Source: Chloroflexota bacterium
Lineage (GTDB): Bacteria; Chloroflexota; Dehalococcoidia; UBA2247; RBG-13-53-26
DNA length: 64,000 nt
Assembly: GCA_016876035.1 (NCBI GenBank)
Contig: VGOE01000002.1
Span: forward strand, 1,231-65,230
Reading direction: 5' to 3'
A program made the translations under genes and the position numbers. The notes under the pieces are model-generated. The model ran no database searches. It was not told the DNA's origin and saw only the letters and a list, made by a program, of their open reading frames with translations. This document shows, piece after piece, positions 17,102 through 26,812 of the stretch. Positions within the stretch are counted from its first letter, which is position 1. The number at the start of each line of letters is the position of its first letter.

Positions 17102-18841
17102 TCAGGATGCCTCCTTTTTCACACCATTGACGATGTATTGTGCTGAGAACGGGCGTCCGTCGAACTTCAGGATAGTGGCGTCCGCCTTGATACCGGTCTC
17201 TCGGCGAGTCAGTTGGGCTAGTTGGCCGGTGGCATTACTCTCAATAAAGATGTTCTTCTTAGAGCCGCGCAGGATCAAAGCAACATCGTCTGCCGGGAAA
17301 GGCCATATCTCGTTCAGGTGCAGAACATTTACGGGAAGGCCCTCTGCCACCAGTAGCTCCTGAGCCTCCTTTATGGCGCCATAAGTACTTCCCCAGCCTA
17401 CCAAGGTGATTTTGGCACCGCGCTTCTTGTGAACGCGAGGTTTGCCTAGTTCACTTCTGAGACCGTCGAGTTTCCTCATGCGCTTGAGCACCATTTGCCT
17501 TCTGGTCTCGGCGTCTTCGATAGAGTGTCCCTCCTCGTTGTGCTCGTCAGAATCCGTTGCCACAAGGGCTTTCCCCACCAGAGGTAAGGCACGTGGGGAT
17601 ACGCCGGAATCAGTGATAAGATGCCTTTTGTAGGCGGTTAGCTGGTTCACTTCTTGTTCAGAGAGAAGCTCACCCCTATCAATTGTTACCTGGCTCAGAT
17701 CAAAAGGCTCGACAGTGCTGTAGGAATCAGCGAGGTCGTGATCAGTGAGGATGATTACCGGCGACTGATACTTTTCGGCCAAGTTGAAAGCCTTGATGGT
17801 CAGCCAGAACGCATCATCGATGCCGCCTGGAGCCAGGATCGCCCGTGGAAACTCCCCATGCCCGGCATGGAGGGCAAACCAAAGCTCACCCTGCTCTGTT
17901 CTTGTAGGTAGTCCTATCGCCGGACCGGGGCGCTGTCCCAGTACGACAACAACAGGTGTTTCCGTCATCCCAGCAAGGCTCAGGCCTTCCACCATAAGGC
18001 AAAACCCGCCGCCGGATGTGGCAGTCATGGCTCTGACGCCAGCATAGCCAGCACCTACGACCATGTTGATGGCCGAAATCTCATCCTCTGTCTGAATTAC
18101 TTTGACACCAAAATCTCTGCCCTTCTGGGCGACGTACTCCAAAATCGACGTGGTGGGTGTCATTGGATAACCAGCTACAAACTTGCAGCCGGCAACCATG
18201 GCACCAAAAGCAACTGCTTCATGGCCGGTGAGAAATATCTTGGTGCTTGCTCTTCGTGCTTTCAGACGCTGACCAAATTTCTTTCCCCTGTGCTGTAGGG
18301 CATAATCATAACCGGCTCGGGCAGCCTTCACATTGTCCTCGGCAACTTTCTCCCCGTGCCTGCTGAATTCCTGACGCAGAACTCCGGCAAGTAGGTCAAA
18401 ATCATATTCCACCGCCCCCAAAGCGGCACCAAGGGCAACCGTGTTTGACATTATTCTGTTTGCGGTCGACTGGATGGCCAGTTGCTCAAGCGGTACATCA
18501 AGCATAATTCCTTTGTCTGCTAACCCGCTCCTAACCGTTCGTTCATCGAGGATAACTAACGCCTCTCCCTCTGGCTTCATTTCATCTAGATGCCGGTCTA
18601 CTGTATCCTTGTTCAGAGCCAGAAGAATACTTACCTCCTCTGACGGTGCCCGCACTTTTCTATCTCTGACCCTCACCCGCGAGAAACTGTGACCACCCCT
18701 GATTCGGGACTCAAAGTCCTGGTCAGAATAGACATAGTAACCGCCTCTCATCATGGCCTTCGACAGGATAAAACTCACGGACTGAATTCCCTGCCCAGCT
18801 TCACCACCGATCATGAAGTTGAAATCGACCGTCATAGCCAC
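17102..18841 (-). CDS. 2-oxoacid:ferredoxin oxidoreductase, alpha subunit (fused gamma-like N-terminal domain plus alpha domain)
   Basis: The N-terminus has GGEAGQGIQS (gamma-like). The C-terminal region resembles OFOR alpha subunits. It abuts the beta gene with a 0-nt gap. Confidence 0.85.
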   Translation of the reverse strand: MAMTVDFNFMIGGEAGQGIQSVSFILSKAMMRGGYYVYSDQDFESRIRGGHSFSRVRVRDRKVRAPSEEVSILLALNKDTVDRHLDEMKPEGEALVILDERTVRSGLADKGIMLDVPLEQLAIQSTANRIMSNTVALGAALGAVEYDFDLLAGVLRQEFSRHGEKVAEDNVKAARAGYDYALQHRGKKFGQRLKARRASTKIFLTGHEAVAFGAMVAGCKFVAGYPMTPTTSILEYVAQKGRDFGVKVIQTEDEISAINMVVGAGYAGVRAMTATSGGGFCLMVEGLSLAGMTETPVVVVLGQRPGPAIGLPTRTEQGELWFALHAGHGEFPRAILAPGGIDDAFWLTIKAFNLAEKYQSPVIILTDHDLADSYSTVEPFDLSQVTIDRGELLSEQEVNQLTAYKRHLITDSGVSPRALPLVGKALVATDSDEHNEEGHSIEDAETRRQMVLKRMRKLDGLRSELGKPRVHKKRGAKITLVGWGSTYGAIKEAQELLVAEGLPVNVLHLNEIWPFPADDVALILRGSKKNIFIESNATGQLAQLTRRETGIKADATILKFDGRPFSAQYIVNGVKKEAS

Positions 18842-19146
18842 AACCTCCTTTGGTATTACCGCAAGTACTTGTTCTTGCCCTTTCTGAGAGATTATGTGAA
18901 GTCAACTATTATAGAGAGCGTTTAACAATCCAATATGTTATTGCGAGGGAAGCAACGCAATCACAAATAAACGACCTCATTGTAGACAATCGACAATGGA
19001 AAAGTCATAACATCCGGCTGGGAAAAGTTAAGAAAAGGTGTCATCACGCCACTGAAATGGGATACTCGGGCTTGATCCCGTCGGCTTTTGGTTAGCAATT
19101 TGCTGCGAGCAGTACCAGCCATTGCAGCCAAATCTTCAATTCAGCC

Positions 19147-19944
19147 TTAAGTGACGACCTCCTCCACATGCCACTCAATCACACTGCTTGACCATACACG
19201 TCCCACTGCTATTTCCAGCACACGCCTATTTGGTTTTGGTATGTCTAATAGCGGCGGCAGGACGCGGTTATCAAACTGTCCCAGGAACGGACACTGCTTT
19301 TGAAGGGACAGTATCGTAGTCCATGCGCCACCGTAAACTACATAATCTAATGCCTTGGCCTGGGGCTCAAGGTGTTCTTGCGCATGGCAGCACACCCTAT
19401 CTAGAAAGAACTCTATTTGCTTTTCCCGGTGCCGGCGGAAACGCTGTTGTGAGGAACCACCCTTCTTGTGCCGTCCGTGGACAAGACCAGTTCCCACTTT
19501 GCTGGTGATAAGGTTTTCTCCCCGGCAAAGGCCGACGGCATAGGCCCCCAAACGTACCAGGATGAGGCCAATCCTGAGATCGGTCCTGAGCAAAGATCGC
19601 AGTGGTTCAACGTTGTACCCGTTAGTGCAGCATTCATCCGCAATTGGAAAGGGCGGTAGAATCAGGCACTTTCGTGAGCAGCTCCAAAATAGGACTGCCC
19701 CCGTTTTTGAACCAGCGGCAAAATCGGGCAATTCCCAGGGCATGTCCGGCGGGTCAATAGCCCTTTCCAGCAAATCCCTAATCTCCGGCAACGATAGCCC
19801 CAGTGGTAGATATAGTGACCTCGCTGCATCGGCAGTAGTTTCCAGTTCATCAAGGTAGCTGATCATCTTTCTCCTGTTGAGAAAGAATAGTCTAGGGATT
19901 AACACGCCAGGGTTAGCTTCCACCTGCGGTTCCTCCGACAACAA
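19147..19944 (-). CDS. Vms1/ANKZF1-like (VLRF1-type) eRF1-fold protein, a putative peptidyl-tRNA hydrolase
   Basis: The motif LVHGRHKKGGSSQQRFRRHREKQ resembles the eRF1 GGQ loop (HGRGGQSALRFARLR) in its GxxQ variant as seen in Vms1. It lies 12 bp downstream of mutS2 on the same strand. Confidence 0.55.
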   Translation of the reverse strand: MLSEEPQVEANPGVLIPRLFFLNRRKMISYLDELETTADAARSLYLPLGLSLPEIRDLLERAIDPPDMPWELPDFAAGSKTGAVLFWSCSRKCLILPPFPIADECCTNGYNVEPLRSLLRTDLRIGLILVRLGAYAVGLCRGENLITSKVGTGLVHGRHKKGGSSQQRFRRHREKQIEFFLDRVCCHAQEHLEPQAKALDYVVYGGAWTTILSLQKQCPFLGQFDNRVLPPLLDIPKPNRRVLEIAVGRVWSSSVIEWHVEEVVT

Positions 19945-19956
19945 GGCATACTACAG

Positions 19957-22338
19957 CTAAAGCTCAACAATAGTTACCCCATCCCCGCCTTCGCCCTTCT
20001 GGCCAGGACGAAAGGACTTGACTAGAGGATGAGCACCCAGAATTTCCCTCACCATGTTGCGTACTGTGCCAGTGCCAAAGCCATGAATGATACGTGCTTC
20101 GCTCAAATTTGCCAAAGAAGCATCATTAAGGTAGATATCAAGTGATGGCTCCACCTCGCCAGCTCGCTTTCCCCGCAGGTCAAGTTCACGAGAAACCACC
20201 CGTCGTATAATCTGTTTTTTCACCGGGGCAAATTCGGGGGCGGCACTGGGATGCGTTACCTTTTCCACGCTGTCGAGGCTGAGCCTGAACCTGGATTGCC
20301 CAGCTTGGACTTCGACCTGCTGTGTTTCCTGCGATACCGAGAGCACTGTTGCCTGCAGATTTGCTTCTCTCAGCCACACAGTATCACCCGCAGTGATCCT
20401 GCTGTCGTCTATCGTGTCCCTCTCTGTTTTTTCCTCTGCCTTCACCTGCCATACCTCGCCCTCCAAGCGCTTCTCTACAACAGCCATAGTTTTCCGTGCT
20501 TGCTCTATTCTCTCTTTCGACTTTTCTTTGCGCAATTCCGATGCAGCCTGGCGAATCTCCTTAAGCAGATCTGCTGCCTCACGGAGAACTCTGTCCCGTG
20601 TCTCTTGGATAACCTTTCGACCCTCCACTTTTGACCGTTGCAGCTCATCTTCTAACTCGAACTTCTTTCGTTGTAGTTCATCCCACTCCTTTTTCAGGTC
20701 AAGGCGAAGGGCTTCAGCCCCTTGTTTCTCTTCCCTCAGGTCGGCGAGGAGGGTCTCCAACTCCCGAGCTCCGCTTGCTACCATGCCCTCGGCATTGGCG
20801 ATAATCTCAGGGGCCAGGCCCAGGCGTGAAGCAGTAGCCATTGCATTGCTGCCACCAGGGATGCCCACTATCAGGTGATAGGTCGGTGCCAGCGTGACTG
20901 GGTCAAAGTCCAGCGAGGCATTTTGCAACCCGGGAGTGATGTGCGCGAATATCTTCAGATCGCCGTAATGCGTGGTAGCTACAGTCATCGTTTTCCGCGA
21001 TAAGAAGGAGAGTAGAATGGCACGGGCTAGGGCGGAACCTTCCGCTGGGTCAGTACTCGTACCCAGCTCGTCCAAGAGGACCAGGCTATTTTCCGTAGCG
21101 CCGTTGATAATACGCACGATGTTACCTATATGCCAGCTAAAACTGGAAATCGTCTGCTCGATGCTTTGCTCGTCGCCAATGTCGGCGAATACGCTGTCAA
21201 AGACAGGGATGCGACTTTCGGCCGAGGCAGGAATTGGCAGGCCAGCCTGTGCCATCAAGCTGAGCAGGCCAATCGTCTTAAGGGCGACCGTCTTACCACC
21301 TGTATTAGGTCCTGTGATCACGAGGACGGAGAAGTCCCGCCCTATCTCAACAGAAAGCGGCACTGCTCTTTCAGCCAGTAACGGATGTCTGGCTTCAATA
21401 AGCCTCAGAACACCAGTCGGTTCACCAGCGGTCGTTTTCCCACCTTCGTTGAACTTGGTAAGGATCGGCTCAACGGCCCCGGCCTTCCTTGCGAGTCTCG
21501 CCTTTGCCAGTGCCAGATCCAGCTCGGCCACCAAGGCTATACTACGAGAGATTTCTGCCTCATTCGCCCCGACTTTGGCACTGAGGTCTCTCAGAATCCT
21601 TTCCGTCTCGCGCTTCTCCTCTACCGCCAGCTCTCTCATAGTGTTTCCCATCTCCACAGTGGTCCACGGCTCAACAAATGCAGTGGCTCCAGTGTTAGAG
21701 ACGTCGTGTACAATGCCTTTCATCTCTTTTCGGAACTCGATCTTAACTGGAACGACGTACCTACCCTCCCGCTCAGCGATAAAATGCTCCTGGATTATCT
21801 TCCGCCCTTTAGGCGACCTCATTACGGCTTCCAGGCGGTCTAGCAACTGCTGGCGCACTTCTCTCAATTGCTGCCTGGCCGCAGCTAGCCTGGTCGAGGC
21901 ATGATCCAGTAGTTCACCGCTGGGTGCCAGGCAGGCAGAAATATCTTCCTCGAGATGGCGAAGATCGGATATGCCCTTGGCGATACTCCAGAGCAGCGGG
22001 ACTTTCTCTGACCACTTGCTGAGGCTGCTGTGCACCTGGTACATAGCGGCTAAGGTCTTCTGGATTTCTATCAAGCTTTCAGGTGCCATGATCTTACCCC
22101 GTGCTGCCATCTTCACCCCTTCCCGCACGTCCGTAACTCCTCCGATGGAGAAGCCTGGCTCTAAGGATAGGAGATAGCGAGCCTCGGCTGACTGCCTTAG
22201 CAGGAGGGAAGCCAGTTCATAGTCACGAAGCGGTTGCAGATTGAGCGCCAATTCGCGGCTGGCTGAGAAGGAAGTAAATGAGGCGAGTATCTCCCTTATC
22301 TGAGGGAATTCGAGCATTTGCAGGCTTTTGTCATCCAT
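19957..22338 (-). CDS. mutS2: Endonuclease MutS2 (MutS domains III-V plus a C-terminal Smr domain)
   Basis: A Walker A motif (GPNTGGKT) is present. The protein has the typical MutS2 length, and a C-terminal Smr domain (LDLRGKRAGE...IHGFGTG). Confidence 0.9.
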   Translation of the reverse strand: MDDKSLQMLEFPQIREILASFTSFSASRELALNLQPLRDYELASLLLRQSAEARYLLSLEPGFSIGGVTDVREGVKMAARGKIMAPESLIEIQKTLAAMYQVHSSLSKWSEKVPLLWSIAKGISDLRHLEEDISACLAPSGELLDHASTRLAAARQQLREVRQQLLDRLEAVMRSPKGRKIIQEHFIAEREGRYVVPVKIEFRKEMKGIVHDVSNTGATAFVEPWTTVEMGNTMRELAVEEKRETERILRDLSAKVGANEAEISRSIALVAELDLALAKARLARKAGAVEPILTKFNEGGKTTAGEPTGVLRLIEARHPLLAERAVPLSVEIGRDFSVLVITGPNTGGKTVALKTIGLLSLMAQAGLPIPASAESRIPVFDSVFADIGDEQSIEQTISSFSWHIGNIVRIINGATENSLVLLDELGTSTDPAEGSALARAILLSFLSRKTMTVATTHYGDLKIFAHITPGLQNASLDFDPVTLAPTYHLIVGIPGGSNAMATASRLGLAPEIIANAEGMVASGARELETLLADLREEKQGAEALRLDLKKEWDELQRKKFELEDELQRSKVEGRKVIQETRDRVLREAADLLKEIRQAASELRKEKSKERIEQARKTMAVVEKRLEGEVWQVKAEEKTERDTIDDSRITAGDTVWLREANLQATVLSVSQETQQVEVQAGQSRFRLSLDSVEKVTHPSAAPEFAPVKKQIIRRVVSRELDLRGKRAGEVEPSLDIYLNDASLANLSEARIIHGFGTGTVRNMVREILGAHPLVKSFRPGQKGEGGDGVTIVEL

Positions 22339-22403
22339 AGCAACTGCCTATTGGTACAAGCTATTATACCATCAGGTGCTGAGCGAGAAATTAGCAATTT
22401 GTG

Positions 22404-22427
22404 CATGTATCTCCCATAGGATACATG
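22404..22427. promoter_or_regulatory. A perfect 8-bp palindrome CATGTATC-N8-GATACATG lies in the divergent mutS2/MFS promoter region.
   Basis: The palindrome was read directly from the sequence. It sits about 150 bp upstream of the MFS transporter start. Confidence 0.25.
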
Positions 22428-22577
22428 TAGACCGTGACAAGCAGAGGGCGAGTTGTTCACTAAGAAAGTTGTTCTGGTATCCCCTGGTGTGATATAGTAC
22501 TGGCTAATCGAGGTTCCCCAAAGGAAACCCCTGTCGGCCCCCGGGGAAATGTCCGCTCCTCGAGTTGTCACCCCTTT

Positions 22578-24107
22578 ATGATGAAAGAAGAAACAGTAAA
22601 AGATAGCAAGCGCTGGGGCGCTGCGGCCTTTCTGTGTCTGGCGGTGATAATCCTCGGTATGGACGACAGTGTCCTCAACCTGGCGTTGCCATCCATTTCG
22701 AGGGAGTTCAACGCCAGTACCAGCGATATGCAGTGGGCGATCAATGCCTATCTCCTGGCCTTCGCAGCATTGCTGCTGACCATGGGAGCCCTCGGCGATC
22801 GCTTTGGCCGCAAGCTCATGTTTCTGGTAGGCATGGTCTTGTTTTGTGTCAGCTCACTGGCAGCAGCCTTATCTACATCCATGATCATGCTCATCCTTTG
22901 CCGTGCTTTTATGGGCATTGGCGGGGCAATAGCCATTCCCCAGACGCTCTCGATTATCACAGCGACCTTCACAGACTTGAAAGAGCGTACGCAGGCGATT
23001 GCGCTCTGGGCTGGTGTTTTTGGGTTCGGTTATGGGATCGGTCCCGTAGTCGGTGGAGTCTTGCTGAATCACTTTGCATGGAATTCGGTGTTCATCATAA
23101 ATATTCCCCTGGCTATGATTGCCTTCGCGGGGGGATACTTCTTCGCCCGGGAATCCAGGGATCAGAGTGCTCCCAGACTGGATCCACCGGGTGTATTGTT
23201 GTCCACTGCTGGACTGTTTGCGATAGCTTATGGCATCACCGAGGCAGGTCGGCTGACCTGGACTGAGGGTTCAGTGATCCTCTGGCTCGGTATGGGAGCG
23301 GTCCTGTTGTTTTTCTTTGTTGCGTGGGAAAGACGCACGGATCACCCCATGTTACCGATGAAATTCTTCAAGAACATGTCTTTCACGGGGGCCACCATCC
23401 CCATGACGCTGGCTGCCCTCAGCTCAGGCGCACTACTGTTTTTCCTGAGCCAGTATCTTCAGTCGGTGCAAGGATACTCACCCTTGTCGGCAGCGGTGCG
23501 TATCTTGCCAGGGGCTGTGTTCACATTATTGGTAGCCATGGTGGCAGCGCCCGTGTCTAATCGCATCGGCATTAAGCTAACGGTAGCCCTGGGTGCCCTG
23601 ATAATCGCAGGTGGGCTATTCTGGTTCTCTCTTGTCACACCGGGGACTGCCTATCCGGTGATACTTGGTGCCAATGTTGCCATAGGAGCAGGTTTTGGGT
23701 TGATATGGAGCCCAGCCGCCAACTCCGTTATGGGCTCGTTACCCCTGGGCCGGGTTGGAATTGGCTCGGCGCTGGACGCGACTGCGCAGCAGGTAGGCGG
23801 TGTTTTGGGCGTGGCAGCCCTGGGTGCGGTCTTGAACGGGATATACTTGGATAAGATAGCAAATTTGAATGTGGTGGCATCCTTGCCAGCAGAGGCTTAC
23901 GAAGCAATGCGGAGCAGCATACAGGGTGCTCATATTGTGGCAGAACAATTTCCCGATGAAATTTCTCAGCAGATTATCGACGGATCCAGTGAAGCCTTCA
24001 CTTCAGGTATGGTGGAGGCCATGTTCATCGGGGGGATAATCATGGTAGCAACCACCGTGATCACCTTGCTTATCCTGCCAACCCGCATACGCCCGACACA
24101 GGAATAG
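22578..24107 (+). CDS. MFS transporter (DHA2-like, 14 TM helices)
   Basis: The 509-aa protein is highly hydrophobic. It has MFS signature-like GxLaDrfGrk (ALGDRFGRK). Confidence 0.85.
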   Translation: MMKEETVKDSKRWGAAAFLCLAVIILGMDDSVLNLALPSISREFNASTSDMQWAINAYLLAFAALLLTMGALGDRFGRKLMFLVGMVLFCVSSLAAALSTSMIMLILCRAFMGIGGAIAIPQTLSIITATFTDLKERTQAIALWAGVFGFGYGIGPVVGGVLLNHFAWNSVFIINIPLAMIAFAGGYFFARESRDQSAPRLDPPGVLLSTAGLFAIAYGITEAGRLTWTEGSVILWLGMGAVLLFFFVAWERRTDHPMLPMKFFKNMSFTGATIPMTLAALSSGALLFFLSQYLQSVQGYSPLSAAVRILPGAVFTLLVAMVAAPVSNRIGIKLTVALGALIIAGGLFWFSLVTPGTAYPVILGANVAIGAGFGLIWSPAANSVMGSLPLGRVGIGSALDATAQQVGGVLGVAALGAVLNGIYLDKIANLNVVASLPAEAYEAMRSSIQGAHIVAEQFPDEISQQIIDGSSEAFTSGMVEAMFIGGIIMVATTVITLLILPTRIRPTQE

Positions 24108-24322
24108 CGGGGCAAAGCAAAAAGGCGTGACTCCTGGGTGGGTGGGGGCTGGGAAGAGAAAGGAGCCAATGAGAGACAACGGGGCATCCAGAACCTGTTG
24201 CGCTCCTGAAGCAGTCGTGTGGCAAGCCTGATGCTGGTTGAACCCTCAAGTGTGCGGCCTACCCCTGCCGTTGAACTATATGCTTTCGAGGGTGCGCGCG
24301 CTGTCCGCTGCCACACTGAAAG

Positions 24323-25129
24323 CTACGAGAGCAGGTATCCACCGTCCACCAGCAAGAAGCTGCCAGTGACGTAGTCGGCTGCCGCGCTGGCCAGGAACAG
24401 CACCACCTTGGCGATATCATCAGGCTCGCCCCTGCGCTTCAAGGGTATGCGCTGGATGAAGCCCTGCATCAGCACCTCCGGTTCCAAGCCGGTAGCCTGG
24501 CTAAAGGCCTTGTTGGCAGCCGCCACTCCGGGCGTGTTGATGCCGCCGGGCGCCACTGTGTTGACCAGAATCCTGTGGGGAGCAAGCTCCAGAGCCAGGC
24601 TCTTGGTCAGCATTATGACACCACCTTTGGAAGCGTTGTAGTGTATCCCCATCTCCTGAGGTTTCAGGGCATCTATCGAAGCTATGTTGATGATCCTTCC
24701 TCCATGGCCGGCTTTGATCATCTCCTCGGCACATGCCTGAGCATACAGGAAACTCCCCTTTAGGTTAACGTCCAGGACTCTGTCCCACAGGTCCTCAGTG
24801 ACCTGCATGAGGGGTTTCAGGGGATAGATGCCGGCGTTGTTGACCAGGATATCGAGGGAACCGAAGGCCTCTACCGTGGCCTTGGCCACTTTCTTGGCAT
24901 CGGCTGCGCTTCGTACATCGGCATGAATGGCCTTCGCCTTGCCGCCTCTGGACTTGATCTCCTGTACGGTCTGGTTGGCCGCTTCCAGGTTAATGTCGGC
25001 GATCATCACGCCCGCGCCGGCTTCGGATAGACGGAAGGCAATGCCTTGCCCGATGCCCATGGCACCGCCAGTCACCACGGCGCACTTACCGCTCAAGTCG
25101 AAAAGTTCGGCGATGGTCTGCTTTGTCAT
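24323..25129 (-). CDS. SDR-family oxidoreductase (paralog of 3038..3844)
   Basis: It is about 70% identical at the protein level to the first SDR. The N-terminus (MTKQTIAELFDL..TGGAMGIGQ) and C-terminus (DYVTGSFLLVDGGYLLS) are conserved between the two. Confidence 0.85.
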   Translation of the reverse strand: MTKQTIAELFDLSGKCAVVTGGAMGIGQGIAFRLSEAGAGVMIADINLEAANQTVQEIKSRGGKAKAIHADVRSAADAKKVAKATVEAFGSLDILVNNAGIYPLKPLMQVTEDLWDRVLDVNLKGSFLYAQACAEEMIKAGHGGRIINIASIDALKPQEMGIHYNASKGGVIMLTKSLALELAPHRILVNTVAPGGINTPGVAAANKAFSQATGLEPEVLMQGFIQRIPLKRRGEPDDIAKVVLFLASAAADYVTGSFLLVDGGYLLS

Positions 25130-25266
25130 CTTTCATCCTCCTTTGCAGTATTGATCCTTTGCTAGTTCAAATTGTGAACCGCACAGGAAATCCCTCTTAA
25201 ACGGATCGAGATTCAAGACGCCCTTGCCACGTGGATAAGGTCCAGATGATGGCATAGGTGTACGTC

Positions 25267-25596
25267 CTATTTGATGACCTTCTCCTCAGTGACAATGGAT
25301 ACCATTTGGCTCAAGTCTACGAACCTCTCCAAATCATCGAGGTGCGCTCTGCCGGCCTCAGATTGCAAGATGGCAACGGCTGCCTGGAAGGTATCCATGT
25401 CAGGCCACCAGGTCTCAGCCACCCCGTCGTAGGCTTGTTCACCGCTGGGCAGAATCACGCCGTGGTTCTGAACGTATTTGACCATCTGCGGGTTATCCCG
25501 CAACGCTACAGGGGCATGCTTTTCTTTCCAATACTTGTAGAATTCTTCCAGCGACAGACCCGGCTTTCTTTTGAGCAGCGTAATCACCTTGATCAT
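25267..25596 (-). CDS. EthD-family / dimeric alpha+beta-barrel protein
   Basis: The 109-aa protein has an EthD-like N-terminus (MIKVITLLKRKPGLSLEEFYKYWKEKHAP). Confidence 0.55.
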   Translation of the reverse strand: MIKVITLLKRKPGLSLEEFYKYWKEKHAPVALRDNPQMVKYVQNHGVILPSGEQAYDGVAETWWPDMDTFQAAVAILQSEAGRAHLDDLERFVDLSQMVSIVTEEKVIK

Positions 25597-25777
25597 CTTC
25601 CTTCATCTCCTTTAGTCGTCTTGGCAAGGGGCAGATTGGGTGACAGGAACAATTGGGAGGTGCTCCCCTTGCTTGTAATTCGACGTAAGCCTCGGCAGTG
25701 AATTCTCGGGTGACCCCAAGCACAGGCGGCGATTGAGTGTCAGACAATTCACGGAATTGCGCCCGACCCGTCTCCAT

Positions 25778-26812
25778 CTACGAATCTACGATTACCCTGC
25801 ACCTATTTCTTTCTACATATAGCGTCAAGCCCCGAAGCAAGACCACTCGCTTACCCCTGGGCAATGTTAGAGCGTGTCTCATGCTCTCGATATGCTTCCA
25901 CTCTACATCGTCCAGGTTGCCCAGCAGTCTCCGCAGCACTTCGCGGAGCAGATGGCGTTGCAAAGCAGGATGGAGAGACTTGAGTTCTTTCGCTTGAAGA
26001 ACAAGTGCCTCCCCCTCCTGGCTGACCACACTGTCCCATACCTGGGACACCTGTTGCTGAAAAAAAGCTAGCTCAGCAGCTAGAGTATCCGCAGTGCGCA
26101 GCAAGGCCTCATCCATCTTTGGATTGTAGCTTCGAAGCAGAGGAATAAGCTCGGAGCGGACGCGATTCCTGAGATGGGAGGGGGAGAGATTGGAGGAATC
26201 CTGCCTGGGAGCCAGAGCGTGCTTCTGACAATAGGCATCCACGTCCTTGCGGCTCACTCCCAGGAGAGGACGCACGATCTTCAGCCCAGTGTTGCCACCA
26301 AGCGAGTCCCACTCGGTCAGAGGCTGCATGCCCTGCAAACCCAGGTTCCCGGCCCCACGCACCAGACGCATCAGGATTGTCTCTGCCTGGTCATCAGAGG
26401 TGTGTCCCACCGCTATCTTGCTAGCTCCGACCCTTCCGGCTAGATCGGCAAGAAACTGGTATCGTACCTGGCGGGCGCCCTCTTCCAGGGATAGGCGATG
26501 CTCCTCTTGGTAGCTCTTGACATCCCTTCGCTCCACGGTGATGGCCAAGCCAAGGCCGTGTGCTAGCTCAGAGACATATTGGGCGTCGGCCTCGGACTCG
26601 GTGCCCCGGAGCATGTGATCCAGATGAGCAACGTGGAGCCCGATGTCCAGTCTGTCTTTGAGCATTGCCAGGAGGTGCACCAGGCAGACTGAATCGGGGC
26701 CACCGGAGACCCCGACTATCAGCGTCTCACAGGCCGAGACCAGGCTGTGCTGGCGGATGAAACCCAGGACGCTTTCAACGAGCTTCTCTTTTGGGCGGGT
26801 TTTGGGCACCAT
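25778..26812 (-). CDS. tilS: tRNA(Ile)-lysidine synthetase. The start is trimmed to Met19 (MVPKTRPKEK), which has an AGGAG Shine-Dalgarno sequence.
   Basis: It has the PP-loop SGGPDS motif and a C-terminal TilS substrate-binding region. Confidence 0.8.
   Translation of the reverse strand: MVPKTRPKEKLVESVLGFIRQHSLVSACETLIVGVSGGPDSVCLVHLLAMLKDRLDIGLHVAHLDHMLRGTESEADAQYVSELAHGLGLAITVERRDVKSYQEEHRLSLEEGARQVRYQFLADLAGRVGASKIAVGHTSDDQAETILMRLVRGAGNLGLQGMQPLTEWDSLGGNTGLKIVRPLLGVSRKDVDAYCQKHALAPRQDSSNLSPSHLRNRVRSELIPLLRSYNPKMDEALLRTADTLAAELAFFQQQVSQVWDSVVSQEGEALVLQAKELKSLHPALQRHLLREVLRRLLGNLDDVEWKHIESMRHALTLPRGKRVVLLRGLTLYVERNRCRVIVDS

Noticed and set aside
20972-21904. Long antisense ORFs inside real genes. 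Examples are 20972..21904 (+) and 21385..21843 (+) within mutS2, 50866..51558 (-) within trpD, 53950..54699 (-) within trpB, 55609..56250 (-) within trpB2, 59010..59582 (+) within the ACAD gene, 34622..35233 (-) within thrC, and 39607..40179 (+) within tex.
   Set aside because: They are entirely contained within well-supported genes on the opposite strand. They are Arg/Ser/Cys-rich, show no family resemblance, and are the usual artefact of GC-rich coding sequence.
22634-23266. A 210-aa plus-strand ORF overlapping the MFS transporter in another frame
   Set aside because: It is His/Arg/Cys-rich with no hydrophobic helices, and it overlaps a clear 14-TM MFS reading frame on the same strand.
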